The notes beneath the pieces were generated by a model. That model made no database searches, was not told the DNA's origin, and worked only from the letters and a program-made list of their open reading frames with translations. Shown in pieces: positions 49,954-60,338 of a stretch of DNA of 64,000 bases. The translations under genes were made by a program, and so were the position numbers. Within the stretch, counting starts at the first letter, position 1. Every line of letters begins with the position of its first letter. This DNA is from an archaeon (GTDB lineage Archaea > Methanobacteriota_B > Thermococci > Methanofastidiosales > NM3), in contig RXIG01000002.1 of NCBI GenBank assembly GCA_004212155.1, forward strand, positions 32,001 through 96,000. Reading direction: 5' to 3'.

Positions 49954-50730
49954 GTGAAGGAGACCATAATCAGATCTCTTAAAGAGATAAAAGCAAAAAA
50001 CGTTATATTTATTGAAGGATTACCCGGCATTGGCCTTATTGGCAAGCTCGCTGCCGAGCACCTGATACAGGAGATCAAGGCGGAAAAGATCGCAGAGCTC
50101 TATTCACCGCACTTTCCCCATCAGGCATTGGTGAAAGAGGACTCATCTGTCCGACTCATGAGGAACAAGTTCTATCATGGGAAGGTAGGCGACACCGATC
50201 TCATCATCCTCGTCGGCGACACCCAGCCCTCTCCGTCGAATCCCTATGGCCACTACGAGATCGTGACTGCCATACTCGATTATCTCGAACAGTTCGAACC
50301 GTCGATGATGTTCACGCTTGGCGGATATTCGACAGGCGGCGAGGTTGTGGAAAAGCCGCGCGTGCTCGGCGCCGTGAGCGATGCTGAGCTTGTGGGAAAC
50401 TATCAGGACACGGGCATCACATTCAGGGACGATCCCGGCGCTGCCATCGTCGGTGCGTCTGGCCTGCTGCTCGCCATGGGTAGGCAGAAGTCGCTCAACG
50501 CTATGTGCCTCCTGGGCGAGACGCCCGGCTACATGTACATCGACGCTAAGGCCGCCAAGAGCGTCCTTGAGGTCCTAGCCACCATCCTTGAGATCGACAT
50601 CGACATGACAGCGCTTGACGAGCGTGCAGAGGAGACGGAGAATCTCATCAACAAGATCCAAGAGATGCAGCAAAAGTCGGCGACGCAAAACACGCCCGAG
50701 TTCGGAAAGGATCTTGGCTACATAAGGTAA
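49954..50730 (+). CDS. PAC2-family proteasome assembly chaperone (TIGR00162-like)
   Basis: EGLPGIG, GDTQ, TLGGY, IVGASGLL, LGET, C-terminal YIR. Confidence 0.88.
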   Translation: MKETIIRSLKEIKAKNVIFIEGLPGIGLIGKLAAEHLIQEIKAEKIAELYSPHFPHQALVKEDSSVRLMRNKFYHGKVGDTDLIILVGDTQPSPSNPYGHYEIVTAILDYLEQFEPSMMFTLGGYSTGGEVVEKPRVLGAVSDAELVGNYQDTGITFRDDPGAAIVGASGLLLAMGRQKSLNAMCLLGETPGYMYIDAKAAKSVLEVLATILEIDIDMTALDERAEETENLINKIQEMQQKSATQNTPEFGKDLGYIR

Positions 50731-51674
50731 TCTTCTTTTCTTACCTTATTTTTTACTTCTTTTCCTTCTATATACCGCAGCACGTTCTCGCTGCAGTAGC
50801 GTACCGTACGCAGTCGCCATCCCTCGACCATCGCTGCATTGTGCGGCGTGGCGAGCACGTTTGGCAGCTCGAGGAACGGGTGTGCCTGTTCCCACCGCGC
50901 GCCCTTGTGTGGATAGTGCCACCATACGTCAAGCCCCGCGCTGAAGTCGGGGTGTGACACGAGGTGTTCATAGAGGTCGCCCTCGACGATGATCTCACCC
51001 CTCGATACGTTGATAAGCGTTGCATCGTCTTGCATCATCGAAAGGGCCTTTGCGTCGATGAGCCCCCTGGTGTGCACCGTGAGCGGTATGGAGAGCACGA
51101 TGAAGTCAAGGTCGTGGAGTATGCCGTGCAACCCTCCGAGCGTGACCGTGATGTCCGCATCGCTTGTCCCCGTGCTGTTTACCGCATAGACCTCCATTTC
51201 AAACGCCCGTGCGTACCGGCCGATGCGCGCGCCTATCTCACCATACCCAATGATGCCGATGCGTTTTCCCGCAAGCTCGGCCGCTAGGGGCGACTGTTGG
51301 GAGAAGACTCCCTTGCTCAAGCTTTCATGATGTTCCTTGATGTGCTTGGAAAGCGCAAGGAGCATGGCAAACGCATGTTCGGCAACAGGTGTGGCATTGC
51401 TCCCGGAGCATGACGCCACGGTTATGTGGGAAGGAATCGAGGAAAAGTCAAGGCGGTCGACGCCAGCGAAGAGGTACTGCATGAACTCAAGCCGCTTCAT
51501 GGACGAAAGGAGCGGGGCTACCGTGCGCCACGAACGAAAGATGAGCACCTGTGCATCGCCCATATCTCCCTCGGGCGTCACATCGTCCAGATAGGTGACG
51601 TTGTGTCGGGAGAACGTGTGGTCGAAGACCTCTCGTTCCTCTTCACTATACGTTCCTTCAATGAGAATGTTCAT
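50718..51674 (-). CDS. D-isomer-specific 2-hydroxyacid dehydrogenase
   Basis: VAEHA, GYGEIG, PLT..T, NVSRG, LDVWW, TPH. Confidence 0.9.
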   Translation of the reverse strand: MNILIEGTYSEEEREVFDHTFSRHNVTYLDDVTPEGDMGDAQVLIFRSWRTVAPLLSSMKRLEFMQYLFAGVDRLDFSSIPSHITVASCSGSNATPVAEHAFAMLLALSKHIKEHHESLSKGVFSQQSPLAAELAGKRIGIIGYGEIGARIGRYARAFEMEVYAVNSTGTSDADITVTLGGLHGILHDLDFIVLSIPLTVHTRGLIDAKALSMMQDDATLINVSRGEIIVEGDLYEHLVSHPDFSAGLDVWWHYPHKGARWEQAHPFLELPNVLATPHNAAMVEGWRLRTVRYCSENVLRYIEGKEVKNKVRKEDYLM

Positions 51675-51690
51675 CGTCGCATCCCTCTTG

Positions 51691-52254
51691 TCACTCGCTG
51701 TCCGCCTCGCCCATGGAAAAGCCATGCGTGCCGATGATGTCACCAAACGTGTAGTAGACGCCCTGGGCGTAGATTATGGGATTGAGCTTGTCCGTATCAG
51801 GGCGCGCATGCATGAGCACCTCCTCGTCGATAGCGACGGAGGCTACCTGCCCGATGAAGAGGTCGTGCGAGCCAAGGTGGACCGTCTTGTCAAGGTAGCA
51901 TTCGATATTGACTGGGCATTCCTTGATCCGCGGTGCACTCACCTTTGTTGACGCCTCGGGCGTGAACGAACACTCTTTGAACTTGTCGACGTCCTTTCCC
52001 GATACGCTTCCGCACAGGTCGACCTTCCTGACATCGGAGGCGCGGGGGAGGTTGACGACGAAGTCCTTTGTCTCCATGATAAGGTTGTATGAGTATCGTG
52101 TAGGGGTGACAGCGATGCTTACCATCGGCGGGTCGAGGCATGCCGTCGATGCCCATGCGATGGTGATGATATTGGGCGACTCGAGCGAGCCGCATGATAC
52201 CAGGACGGCGGGATGGGGGAAAAGTGCGGTATAGGGGGCGATATCCTTTTTCAT
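51691..52254 (-). CDS. Flavin reductase/flavoredoxin family protein
   Basis: P.PAVLVS, NIITIAW, CGSVSGKDVDKF, ECPVNIEC, GSHDLFIG. Confidence 0.88.
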   Translation of the reverse strand: MKKDIAPYTALFPHPAVLVSCGSLESPNIITIAWASTACLDPPMVSIAVTPTRYSYNLIMETKDFVVNLPRASDVRKVDLCGSVSGKDVDKFKECSFTPEASTKVSAPRIKECPVNIECYLDKTVHLGSHDLFIGQVASVAIDEEVLMHARPDTDKLNPIIYAQGVYYTFGDIIGTHGFSMGEADSE

Positions 52255-52332
52255 ATATCCTCTTCGCACTGGAAATTATTTAATCTTGTGTTCGGCCGAT
52301 GAACGCCCAAAGGCATGAACGCATTGTATTCA

Positions 52333-52695
52333 TCAGGTCTGGTATTTGTCAAGGCCCATCTTCTGTTCTCCGGAAAAGTAACTAAGCACGAACTCCCAGG
52401 CATGTTCATATCCTAGCGAGGATGGGTCCCTGAACGTCTGTTCTAGGCGTCCCTGCACGTTCGAGCGAAGAAGCTTGGCTGCCCCGGCATCCACCTCATT
52501 GTGAAGGAGCTTGTAAAAGAGGCTGTCGCGTTCGTTGTTCTCAATGGAGGCCACGAGGCCGTAGAGGGCCTTTTTGTACCCTTCTTCATACGATGAAGCA
52601 GGTGCGTGGCTCGCTGAGAGTATGTCGCTTGCCTTGTTCGTCTCGCCCTGCTCGAGGAACCGTATGAGCTTTATCGTGTCAAGCTCAGTAATCAT
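52333..52695 (-). CDS. Hypothetical helical protein
   Basis: Coupled to FAU-1; twin GY..A motifs. Confidence 0.65.
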   Translation of the reverse strand: MITELDTIKLIRFLEQGETNKASDILSASHAPASSYEEGYKKALYGLVASIENNERDSLFYKLLHNEVDAGAAKLLRSNVQGRLEQTFRDPSSLGYEHAWEFVLSYFSGEQKMGLDKYQT

Positions 52696-54070
52696 CGTAC
52701 TCACGCTCTGTGTCTGAGAGCAGGTAGGTCGCTTCGTTCTTGGCTATCTCTGCTATCTTCCTCGAAAAAACGCCTTCCTCTACACGTTTTTGAAGCAGGT
52801 CCTCGTCTATGATCTCCGGTGCCTCACCCGGTCGGCGCACGACGTCGATCTCGAGGTCGATATATCTGATGCGCGAGGGAAAGATCTCGATAGGCGTGCA
52901 GATGTTGTGGTATTCCCCCTTGATGGTGCTGTCGCGGTCATAATAGGTGTGGGTAAAGTGCCACGCCCCTTCCTTCATCTCGGTGATCGCATAGTCTCCC
53001 GGCTCCTTGGGCACGTTGAGTCCGTCGTAGTGTCCGCGCGACGAGATGTAGCGTTTCAGCTTGATATAGGGGGGTGCGAACTTCTTCACCTTGGCCCCCT
53101 CGATGTAGACGGGGTGCGAAGAGGGCTTTATGTGTTCGAGCGTTACGTCGTCGCCTATCTTCGGACCCTTCACCTGCCTGAACACGGAGGTGAACAGCTC
53201 GTCGATCCCCTCGATGTCACGTTCGCCCTTGATCTTCTCGATGACGTCGACGGCAAACGAGATGTCGCGTCCTGCCGATTTGAGCATGTGATGGTACTCG
53301 ATCGTAGGCACGACCTTGCCACGGATCGAGTCGAGAGACTGTTTCGTCTGTCCACCGAAGATGACCTTCATGTGGTGCTTGCCCTCCTTGATCAGGCCGG
53401 GGCCCTCGAGCTCGGTGAATCGGTCCATGACATACTCTGCGTTCTTTGCAAGCTCCTGGGCCTCATGGAGCAACGTCTCCTCTCCCACGTACTCGGACGA
53501 CGTCCTCCAGAGGACGCCGAAGTTCTTCGGCTTTGCGCGTTTGCCCACCTCGATGAGCCGTTCGCGCTCAGACTCGTCACGTATCTTACGCGAGATCTTC
53601 ACATCGTTTTCAGGTATGATGACGCAGTACTCGCCCGAGAACGTGATCCTCGTCGTGAGCGTGGGCTTGCCGTTCATCTCCAACACCTGGACGAGCACCT
53701 CTTCCTCCTCCGTCTGTTCGGGGAGGATGCCGATGTCCTGGCCCAGGTTGATGATGGTCTCGTGATTCGTCTTGATCACGGAGCCCTTGTAGATGCCGTA
53801 TAGCTCGATGTTTGACTTGAGGATAAATGCGTCGTTGAACGTTTCCACCATATCACGCGCGATGCGTTCGAGCGATTCCTTGTCGCCCACCATCGAGATG
53901 CCCTGCAAGTCTCGGGTATGCTTCACGTCGACGTCTGGGATGTCGTGCGTCTCGTAGGAGGGAAATCGTTCCCGTATAACATCCGACATCTGATTGATCA
54001 TGTATTCCTTGTTGATAAAGAATTTTGTAAGGGCGGTGGTATATATTCCCCTAATTCGTATTGATGTCAT
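52685..54070 (-). CDS. fau-1: FAU-1 ribonuclease / AU-binding protein (RNase E/G-like plus DUF402)
   Basis: RIRGIYTTALT, WRT, HH..K, YDGL, NICTPIE, YIDLEIDVV. Confidence 0.9.
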   Translation of the reverse strand: MTSIRIRGIYTTALTKFFINKEYMINQMSDVIRERFPSYETHDIPDVDVKHTRDLQGISMVGDKESLERIARDMVETFNDAFILKSNIELYGIYKGSVIKTNHETIINLGQDIGILPEQTEEEEVLVQVLEMNGKPTLTTRITFSGEYCVIIPENDVKISRKIRDESERERLIEVGKRAKPKNFGVLWRTSSEYVGEETLLHEAQELAKNAEYVMDRFTELEGPGLIKEGKHHMKVIFGGQTKQSLDSIRGKVVPTIEYHHMLKSAGRDISFAVDVIEKIKGERDIEGIDELFTSVFRQVKGPKIGDDVTLEHIKPSSHPVYIEGAKVKKFAPPYIKLKRYISSRGHYDGLNVPKEPGDYAITEMKEGAWHFTHTYYDRDSTIKGEYHNICTPIEIFPSRIRYIDLEIDVVRRPGEAPEIIDEDLLQKRVEEGVFSRKIAEIAKNEATYLLSDTEREYDDY

Positions 54071-54848
54071 GTGATTCACCATATTTGTATACTTTCGTTC
54101 CCCCCCTCATCTTATATTGCAAGATGCCGTATCTTGTGAGCACATCGAGGATCTCATCGATCCTGTTCTTTGAGAGGGAGAGATTGTTTTCGATAAAACG
54201 AGGTTCTACCCACATCACGTTCTGATCATGGAATGATCGTATCTCCTTGATCACCATGGCCTCGTCCGTTTCGAGCACCGACTCCGGATTGTTCTTGACG
54301 AGAAGCGACACCTTCCGTTCATACGTTTCCACCCGAGTGTTGAGCGAAACGACCTTCGCATCGAGCGCCTCCACGCGTTCCATCAGGTCCTCTCTTTTCT
54401 TGCCCTCGATAAACTGTCTGAACGTGATCTCCGTGAGTTCGGCCGTGACTTCCCCTATGAACAGTGATAATACGTATTCTGCGCTTACCAAGCTCCTTTT
54501 GAGGAGTGATAGATGTTTAGAAAACGTCGTACGGTCACGCGCCTGCAGCGACTCCTTGAGCGCTTCCAGCTTCAATGCAGTCTGGTAGAAGAACTTGCAT
54601 AGTTCGGTCGAGTCCTTCTCTATGCTCTTGTTCGAGAAGAGCACACTCGCCTTCTTCCCCACCTCCTCTACGGTGTACATGGAGTTTATGACGGTCTGAT
54701 AGAGGAAGGAGAGCGTTTCCACGGTGGCAGAATTGTGCTCCATATCGTGGAGTATTTCTGTAATATGGAGGAATTCATTTTTTACCTCGTGAACTTGTTC
54801 CTGCACCTTTTCTATCTCAGCCTTCTGTTCCTTTTCTATTTCGACCAT
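54051..54848 (-). CDS. Hypothetical helical/coiled-coil protein with C-terminal winged helix
   Basis: Coiled coil followed by IENNLSLSKNRIDEILDVLTRYGIL...KVY wHTH-like pattern. Confidence 0.6.
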   Translation of the reverse strand: MVEIEKEQKAEIEKVQEQVHEVKNEFLHITEILHDMEHNSATVETLSFLYQTVINSMYTVEEVGKKASVLFSNKSIEKDSTELCKFFYQTALKLEALKESLQARDRTTFSKHLSLLKRSLVSAEYVLSLFIGEVTAELTEITFRQFIEGKKREDLMERVEALDAKVVSLNTRVETYERKVSLLVKNNPESVLETDEAMVIKEIRSFHDQNVMWVEPRFIENNLSLSKNRIDEILDVLTRYGILQYKMRGGTKVYKYGESHDINTN

Positions 54849-55169
54849 GGCATAGAAGTTATTTCGTTTCGTCCTTATTAATGTATGTTTCTTGCCGTTG
54901 ACCCGTGCGCGATGGGGCGGCAGCATTCATTACGGTCACGCCAATCACCCGGCAATGGCGACATAGCCACCAGGACGCCGCCCCGAGGCCCATAAAAATG
55001 AAAGGTGCCAAATGGGTCGTTATGCCCTACCCCCTCCAAAAGAGATTAGGCAGTGCATGTGGTGCAATGGGGCGCACATGTGCACACCCGCAGCTACATG
55101 TGCCCTGAGGGACATAGACGAGATTTTTTATATGTTCATTTTCATACGACTAGCAACACAGGTGATACG

Positions 55170-55514
55170 ATGGTCAGTGAAGAGATCAGGTCAACTATTT
55201 GTGAATATCATGACAGTGGCATGCATATCAACGAGATAGCAGCACGTCTCCTCCTCGACGTATCGACCGTTCGAGACGTCATCGAGGAATACGAGTCGCA
55301 ACACAAGAAGATCAAGGAGAAGGATGAGCGGTATTCTTTTGTTTTGGAACAGCTGCAACAGGGCGTTCGAACGCTTCATGAGCACAACGAGACGCTCTTT
55401 TCCCAGGGCCTCTATGACGAGTACTTCATGGGATATGAAGAGATGCTTGCATCGCTTGAACTCTACCTTACTGCGCTCGAACAGCGCGAATCCGAATTAG
55501 GGAACGATACGTAA
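55170..55514 (+). CDS. Small HTH protein
   Basis: GMHINEIAARLLLDVSTVRDVI HTH; AGGTGA RBS. Confidence 0.7.
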   Translation: MVSEEIRSTICEYHDSGMHINEIAARLLLDVSTVRDVIEEYESQHKKIKEKDERYSFVLEQLQQGVRTLHEHNETLFSQGLYDEYFMGYEEMLASLELYLTALEQRESELGNDT

Positions 55515-55573
55515 AAAACGTAAGAAATATATAAATATTATAATGAAGATGTATATGGAAAGAAGGTAGTCGC

Positions 55574-55951
55574 ATGGCTCTTGAGATACTGGGACTTGGT
55601 CTAGCCGCACTCCTGGCGGCGGTCGTTATATTCTTTGTCGTAATGGCGTTTTTCATCTGGATCGGCGCAAAGTTCGCCGCCATCAAGAATGCGTCGTTTG
55701 GCAATGCATTCGTTTCGGCCATAGGCATCACCATCCTCACCATCGTGCTTGGGGCCGTGCTCGCATTGCTCAATATCACCAGCGGCGGCCTCGTGGGGAC
55801 CCTCATAAGCATCCTCGTCACCGTATGGGTGATCAAGTCCGTCTTCGACACAAACTGGGGCCGTGCCTTCATCGCATGGATCTTCTCAATCATCGGAGCC
55901 TTCGTCGTTGGCATCATCATCGTCGTCGTGCTTGGTGCGTCGTTGTTGTGA
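55574..55951 (+). CDS. Small four-TM membrane protein
   Basis: Four hydrophobic helices. Confidence 0.75.
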   Translation: MALEILGLGLAALLAAVVIFFVVMAFFIWIGAKFAAIKNASFGNAFVSAIGITILTIVLGAVLALLNITSGGLVGTLISILVTVWVIKSVFDTNWGRAFIAWIFSIIGAFVVGIIIVVVLGASLL

Positions 55952-56105
55952 AAAAAAGGCTGCCCAGCACAACCAACCTTTTAAAAATCGTCTGAAATAG
56001 GAACAATAATTATTTAAATAGTTACGATTTACCAACGTTCTAACTTAAATAATCTTTTCCATCTTTCAAAGATGACATTTAGTTGTATTCTAGTGGTGGA
56101 CGTAA

Positions 56106-56543
56106 ATGACCAATAGTATATATTCTTGTATGAAATGTGGCACATGTACAGGCGCATGTCCATCAGGTCGCGTCGTAGCATTCAGGACGCGAAAGATCGT
56201 CGAGGACCACTGTAATGGTGAGATCGACCTTGGCGACGAGTCGTTGTGGTATTGCACCACATGTTACAACTGCATGGAGCGGTGTCCGAGACACATCGAC
56301 ATTACCGATGATATCCTCGGCCTGAGGGAACAGGCATACCGCGCCGGAAAGGCGCTTTCCCCCCACCTCAAGGTGCTGGGGTATCTTCACAAGACGGGAC
56401 ATGCAGTCCCCATCAACGAGAAGGTGGCCGACAAGCGTGCATCGCTCGGTCTGTCCCGGCTGCCCCCGACGACCCATTCCTACGAGGATGCGCTTGAAGA
56501 AGTGAGGCGCATCCTCGAGGGGGAGGGTGTCTCAGGTGAGTAA
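56106..56543 (+). CDS. hdrC: Heterodisulfide reductase subunit C
   Basis: CMKCGTCTGACP and WYCTTCYNCMERCPR; TGHAVP. Confidence 0.92.
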   Translation: MTNSIYSCMKCGTCTGACPSGRVVAFRTRKIVEDHCNGEIDLGDESLWYCTTCYNCMERCPRHIDITDDILGLREQAYRAGKALSPHLKVLGYLHKTGHAVPINEKVADKRASLGLSRLPPTTHSYEDALEEVRRILEGEGVSGE

Positions 56544-57348
56544 GACGTTCTCGTTCTTCCTGGGATGTCTCATCCCCAACAGGTTCCCAGAGCTCGAGAA
56601 GGCATCGCGATTCGTCTGCGACGCGCTTGACATAGGCCTTGAGGAGATGGAAGGCGCATCGTGCTGTCCGGCCCCAGGCGTGATCAAGTCGTTTGACAAG
56701 ACGCTCTGGTACAAGGTCGCCGGTAGGAATCTCTCGCTTGCCGCGGCACAGGGCAACGACATCCTCGTTCTCTGCAACGGGTGCTACGGTACGCTAAAGG
56801 ACGTTTCAATGGTGCTTCGCGAGGACGAAGGTAAGCTCGGGATGGTGCGCGACTCGCTCTCGACCATAGGGCGAACCCTGCCCTACGTGCCCGACGTCGT
56901 CCATATCGTCGAGCACCTGTGCTTTGATTACGGGTTCGAAGAGATACGAAAGCGCGTGACGTCGCCGCTCTCGGCAAACGTGGCCGTGCATTACGGGTGC
57001 CACCTGCTCAAACCGGCGCGCTACAGGGGCTTCACGTCGTTTGAGGACCCGACGTTTTTTGATGAGCTCGTCGAGACGACCGGCGCCAGGAGCGTGCCCT
57101 ACCTCGAGAAGAACTCATGCTGCGGAGCAGGCGGCGCCGTGAGATCGGGGCTCAAGGACCTCTCGCTTGACATAGCGCGTAAGAAGGCCGCGTCGATCAA
57201 GGGGGCTGACTGCATCGTCACCCCCTGTCCGTTCTGCCACATGCAGCTTATGGAGGTTTCAGAGATCCCCGTCATCTACATCACCCAGCTGCTCGGGCTC
57301 GCCCTGGGAGGAACCCCTGAGGACGTTGGGATGGAGGGACCGTTATGA
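56536..57348 (+). CDS. hdrB: Heterodisulfide reductase subunit B
   Basis: FLGC, CCPAPG, CNGC, HYGCH, CCGAGG, CPFC. Confidence 0.93.
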   Translation: MSKTFSFFLGCLIPNRFPELEKASRFVCDALDIGLEEMEGASCCPAPGVIKSFDKTLWYKVAGRNLSLAAAQGNDILVLCNGCYGTLKDVSMVLREDEGKLGMVRDSLSTIGRTLPYVPDVVHIVEHLCFDYGFEEIRKRVTSPLSANVAVHYGCHLLKPARYRGFTSFEDPTFFDELVETTGARSVPYLEKNSCCGAGGAVRSGLKDLSLDIARKKAASIKGADCIVTPCPFCHMQLMEVSEIPVIYITQLLGLALGGTPEDVGMEGPL

Positions 57349-60338
57349 ACAAGTCGACAGCAGTCATAGGTGCAGGTATCTCGGGCATGCAGGCTGCGCT
57401 CAGCCTCGCCAACAGGGGCATACGCGTCCACCTCATCGAGAAGACATCGAGCATCGGCGGCATCATGGCCCGTCTCGACAAGACCATGCCAACGCTCGAT
57501 TGTTCGATATGCATCCTCTCGCCCTTCATGCTCTCCGTCGCGCGCAACCCGCTCATCGAGGTCCACACGCTCACCGACGTCGTTGGCGCCACGAAGCATG
57601 CCAACGGTTACATGCTCACGCTTAACAAACGCCCGCGCTACGTTGACATCGACAAGTGCACGGGTTGCAGGGAATGCATGGCGAAATGCCCCGTGAAGAT
57701 CAGCCTCCCCAACGAGGAGAAGTTCGGGACCGTCAAGGCGATCCATTTTGATTTCGACCAGGCAATCCCCGCCGTCCCTCACATCGAGGCCGATCGCTGC
57801 CTCATGCTGACGAAAGGCAAGTGCGGCAATTGTGCCAAGTTCTGCGACAAGGACGCCGTCGACTTCGAGCAGCAACCAGAGGAAGTGGCAATCGATGTGA
57901 GCAGCGTCGTGCTCGCAACGGGCGCCCGCCCATACGACCCCACCGACCGCCCCGAGTATGGCTACGGGAAGTACAAGAACGTGATCACGGCGATGGAGCT
58001 TGAACGCCTGCTGTCCGCATCAGGCCCCACAGAGGGCGAGGTCGTGCGCGCAAGCGACAAGAAACACCCACGGCGCGTGGCGTTTATCAACTGCGTCGGG
58101 TCGAGAGACCATCGCGTCGGACGCGGCTACTGCTCGAAGGTCTGCTGCATGTATGGCATCAAGGAGGCTCTGCTCGTGCGCGACCATGACGAGGATGCCG
58201 AGGTCACCATCTTCTACATCGACATCCGTGCCAGCGGCAAGGGTTACGAGGAGTTCTTCCAGAACGCCAAGGAGCGCATTCGCTTCGTGCGCGCCAGGCC
58301 CGGGGAGATCCATGAGCTCGAGAATGACGACCTCCTCGTCCGCTACGAGGACACAGAGGCACAGGAGGTGCGCGAGGAGACCTTTGATATGGTCGTCCTC
58401 AACACGGCGCTCGTGCCCACCGAGGACACGCACGAGCTATCCAGATTATTCGGCGTCTCCACCAACGAGTATGGCTTCTTCACGCCGCCCGCAGACATCT
58501 CAAAACCCATCGATACCGATGCCGCTGGCGTCTACGTCATCGGCGCATGTCAGGGGCCAAACGACATCACCGACTGCGTGTCCCAGTCGATAGGCCCCGT
58601 TGCCAAGGGATACGAGATGGCTGGCGACATCAAGCTCCCAGAACGGGGAGAACTGCCGGGCGCCCCGGACGGGCCGCCACGTGTGGGCGTCTTCGTATGT
58701 CACTGCGGCAAGAACATCGGTAGGTACGTCGACGTGCCCTCCGTGGCCGAGTATGCACGTAGCCTTCCGGGCGTCGTCTATGCCGAGGATTCGATGTTTA
58801 CGTGCTCCGATCAGGGTCAGTCGTCGATCAAGAAAAAGATCAAGGAACATAAGCTTAATCGTGTCGTCGTTGCCGCATGCTCTCCCAAGACCCACGAGGC
58901 GACGTTTCAGGAGGCGCTCGAGGGGGCAGGGCTCAATCCCTATCTCCTGGAGATGGCAAACATCCGCAATCAGTGTTCCTGGGTGCACTCAAAGGAACAC
59001 GATAAGGCCACGGAGAAGGCAAAGGACCTCGTCAAGATGGCCGTAGCAAAGGCGCGCCTCCTCGAGCCGCTCTATGAACGCGAGGTAAATGTAAATCCCC
59101 GCTCAGTCGTCATAGGCGGCGGAGTCACCGGCCTTATTAGCGCCTTGGAGCTTTCGCAAAACGGATTTGCCGTCTCGCTCATCGAGCGCTCCTCGACACT
59201 TGGTGGAAAGGCGAATCTGGCAACGAACCAGCCCGATGGTTCAAATCCAAGCGACATTGTGCAGTCGCTTTCCAGGAAGATCAAGGAGGATGATGACATC
59301 ACCGTTCACTTCAACTCGGAGGTGACAGCGGTTGACGGATTCGTCGGTGACTTCACGCTTACCTTCTCGACGCCAGAGGGAGAAGCGAAGGTGCCGTGCG
59401 GGACCGTTGTCATCGCAACTGGATTTGACTTTGCAAATCCTGCCAGCAGCGGATTCGAGTGCAAGGGTGACGTGATCAGCGAGGAGCGCTTCATCGGCCG
59501 CCTCAAGGAGGGACGGCTCGAGGGGAAGGACTTCGTGTTCATACTGTGCGTCGGGTCACGCAACGAGAAGCATCCGCACTGCTCGCGATTCTGCTGCCTC
59601 TCGTCGCTCAATCAGATCCGGGAGCTTTTGGAGACGCACCCCGATGCGAACGTGACGGTGCTCTACCGGGACATCCGCGCATACGGCTATCATGAGGACA
59701 TCTATAAAGACGTGGCCGACAGGGGAGCACGCTTCATCCGTTACAGCCCCGAGTCGATGCCGCGCATCAACTACGACAACAACACGCTCATGGTCTTTGA
59801 TACGACCTCTGACACGACAAAGCACATCCACTTCGATTCATGCGTGCTGGAGCGAGGGGCCATACCCTCCAAGGGCACGGACAAGCTCAGGCAGCTTTTC
59901 AAGGTCTCGTCATCTCCATCTGGCTTCTTCGCCGAGGCGCACCTCAAGCTTGCCCCCCTCGACACGGCCCTTGACGGCGTTTTCATAGCAGGGGGCTGCC
60001 AGTATCCAAAGACCATATCAGAATCGATATCCCAGGGTGTCTCGGCTGCTGGCCGCGCCGCGATTGTGATGGGAAGGAAGGTCTATGAGGTCATACCGAT
60101 AGCAGCCTCTATAGATCCCAACAGGTGCGTGGCGTGCAGGCTCTGCGAGAAGCTGTGCCCATACAGCGCCTTGCGCCTCTCGGATGACGGCACCCATATG
60201 GACGTCATCACCGTCTCGTGCAAGGGTTGTGGCACGTGTGCGGCGTTCTGCCCGTCCAACGCCATCACGCTTTCTGGGTTCACCTACGGGCAGGAAAAGG
60301 AAATGATCAAGGCAGCACTTGAGGAGGATTCAGAATGA
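57345..60338 (+). CDS. hdrA: Heterodisulfide reductase subunit A, double-FAD-module form
   Basis: GAGISG, DKTMPTLDC, CVGSR...CSKVCC, internal VFVCHCG, second GGGVTG module with CVGSR...CSRFCC, terminal ferredoxin. Confidence 0.92.
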   Translation: MNKSTAVIGAGISGMQAALSLANRGIRVHLIEKTSSIGGIMARLDKTMPTLDCSICILSPFMLSVARNPLIEVHTLTDVVGATKHANGYMLTLNKRPRYVDIDKCTGCRECMAKCPVKISLPNEEKFGTVKAIHFDFDQAIPAVPHIEADRCLMLTKGKCGNCAKFCDKDAVDFEQQPEEVAIDVSSVVLATGARPYDPTDRPEYGYGKYKNVITAMELERLLSASGPTEGEVVRASDKKHPRRVAFINCVGSRDHRVGRGYCSKVCCMYGIKEALLVRDHDEDAEVTIFYIDIRASGKGYEEFFQNAKERIRFVRARPGEIHELENDDLLVRYEDTEAQEVREETFDMVVLNTALVPTEDTHELSRLFGVSTNEYGFFTPPADISKPIDTDAAGVYVIGACQGPNDITDCVSQSIGPVAKGYEMAGDIKLPERGELPGAPDGPPRVGVFVCHCGKNIGRYVDVPSVAEYARSLPGVVYAEDSMFTCSDQGQSSIKKKIKEHKLNRVVVAACSPKTHEATFQEALEGAGLNPYLLEMANIRNQCSWVHSKEHDKATEKAKDLVKMAVAKARLLEPLYEREVNVNPRSVVIGGGVTGLISALELSQNGFAVSLIERSSTLGGKANLATNQPDGSNPSDIVQSLSRKIKEDDDITVHFNSEVTAVDGFVGDFTLTFSTPEGEAKVPCGTVVIATGFDFANPASSGFECKGDVISEERFIGRLKEGRLEGKDFVFILCVGSRNEKHPHCSRFCCLSSLNQIRELLETHPDANVTVLYRDIRAYGYHEDIYKDVADRGARFIRYSPESMPRINYDNNTLMVFDTTSDTTKHIHFDSCVLERGAIPSKGTDKLRQLFKVSSSPSGFFAEAHLKLAPLDTALDGVFIAGGCQYPKTISESISQGVSAAGRAAIVMGRKVYEVIPIAASIDPNRCVACRLCEKLCPYSALRLSDDGTHMDVITVSCKGCGTCAAFCPSNAITLSGFTYGQEKEMIKAALEEDSE

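Noticed and set aside
56021-56045. SurR binding site upstream of hdr
   Set aside because: Spacing is GTT-n2-AAC or GTT-n10-AAC, not GTT-n3-AAC.
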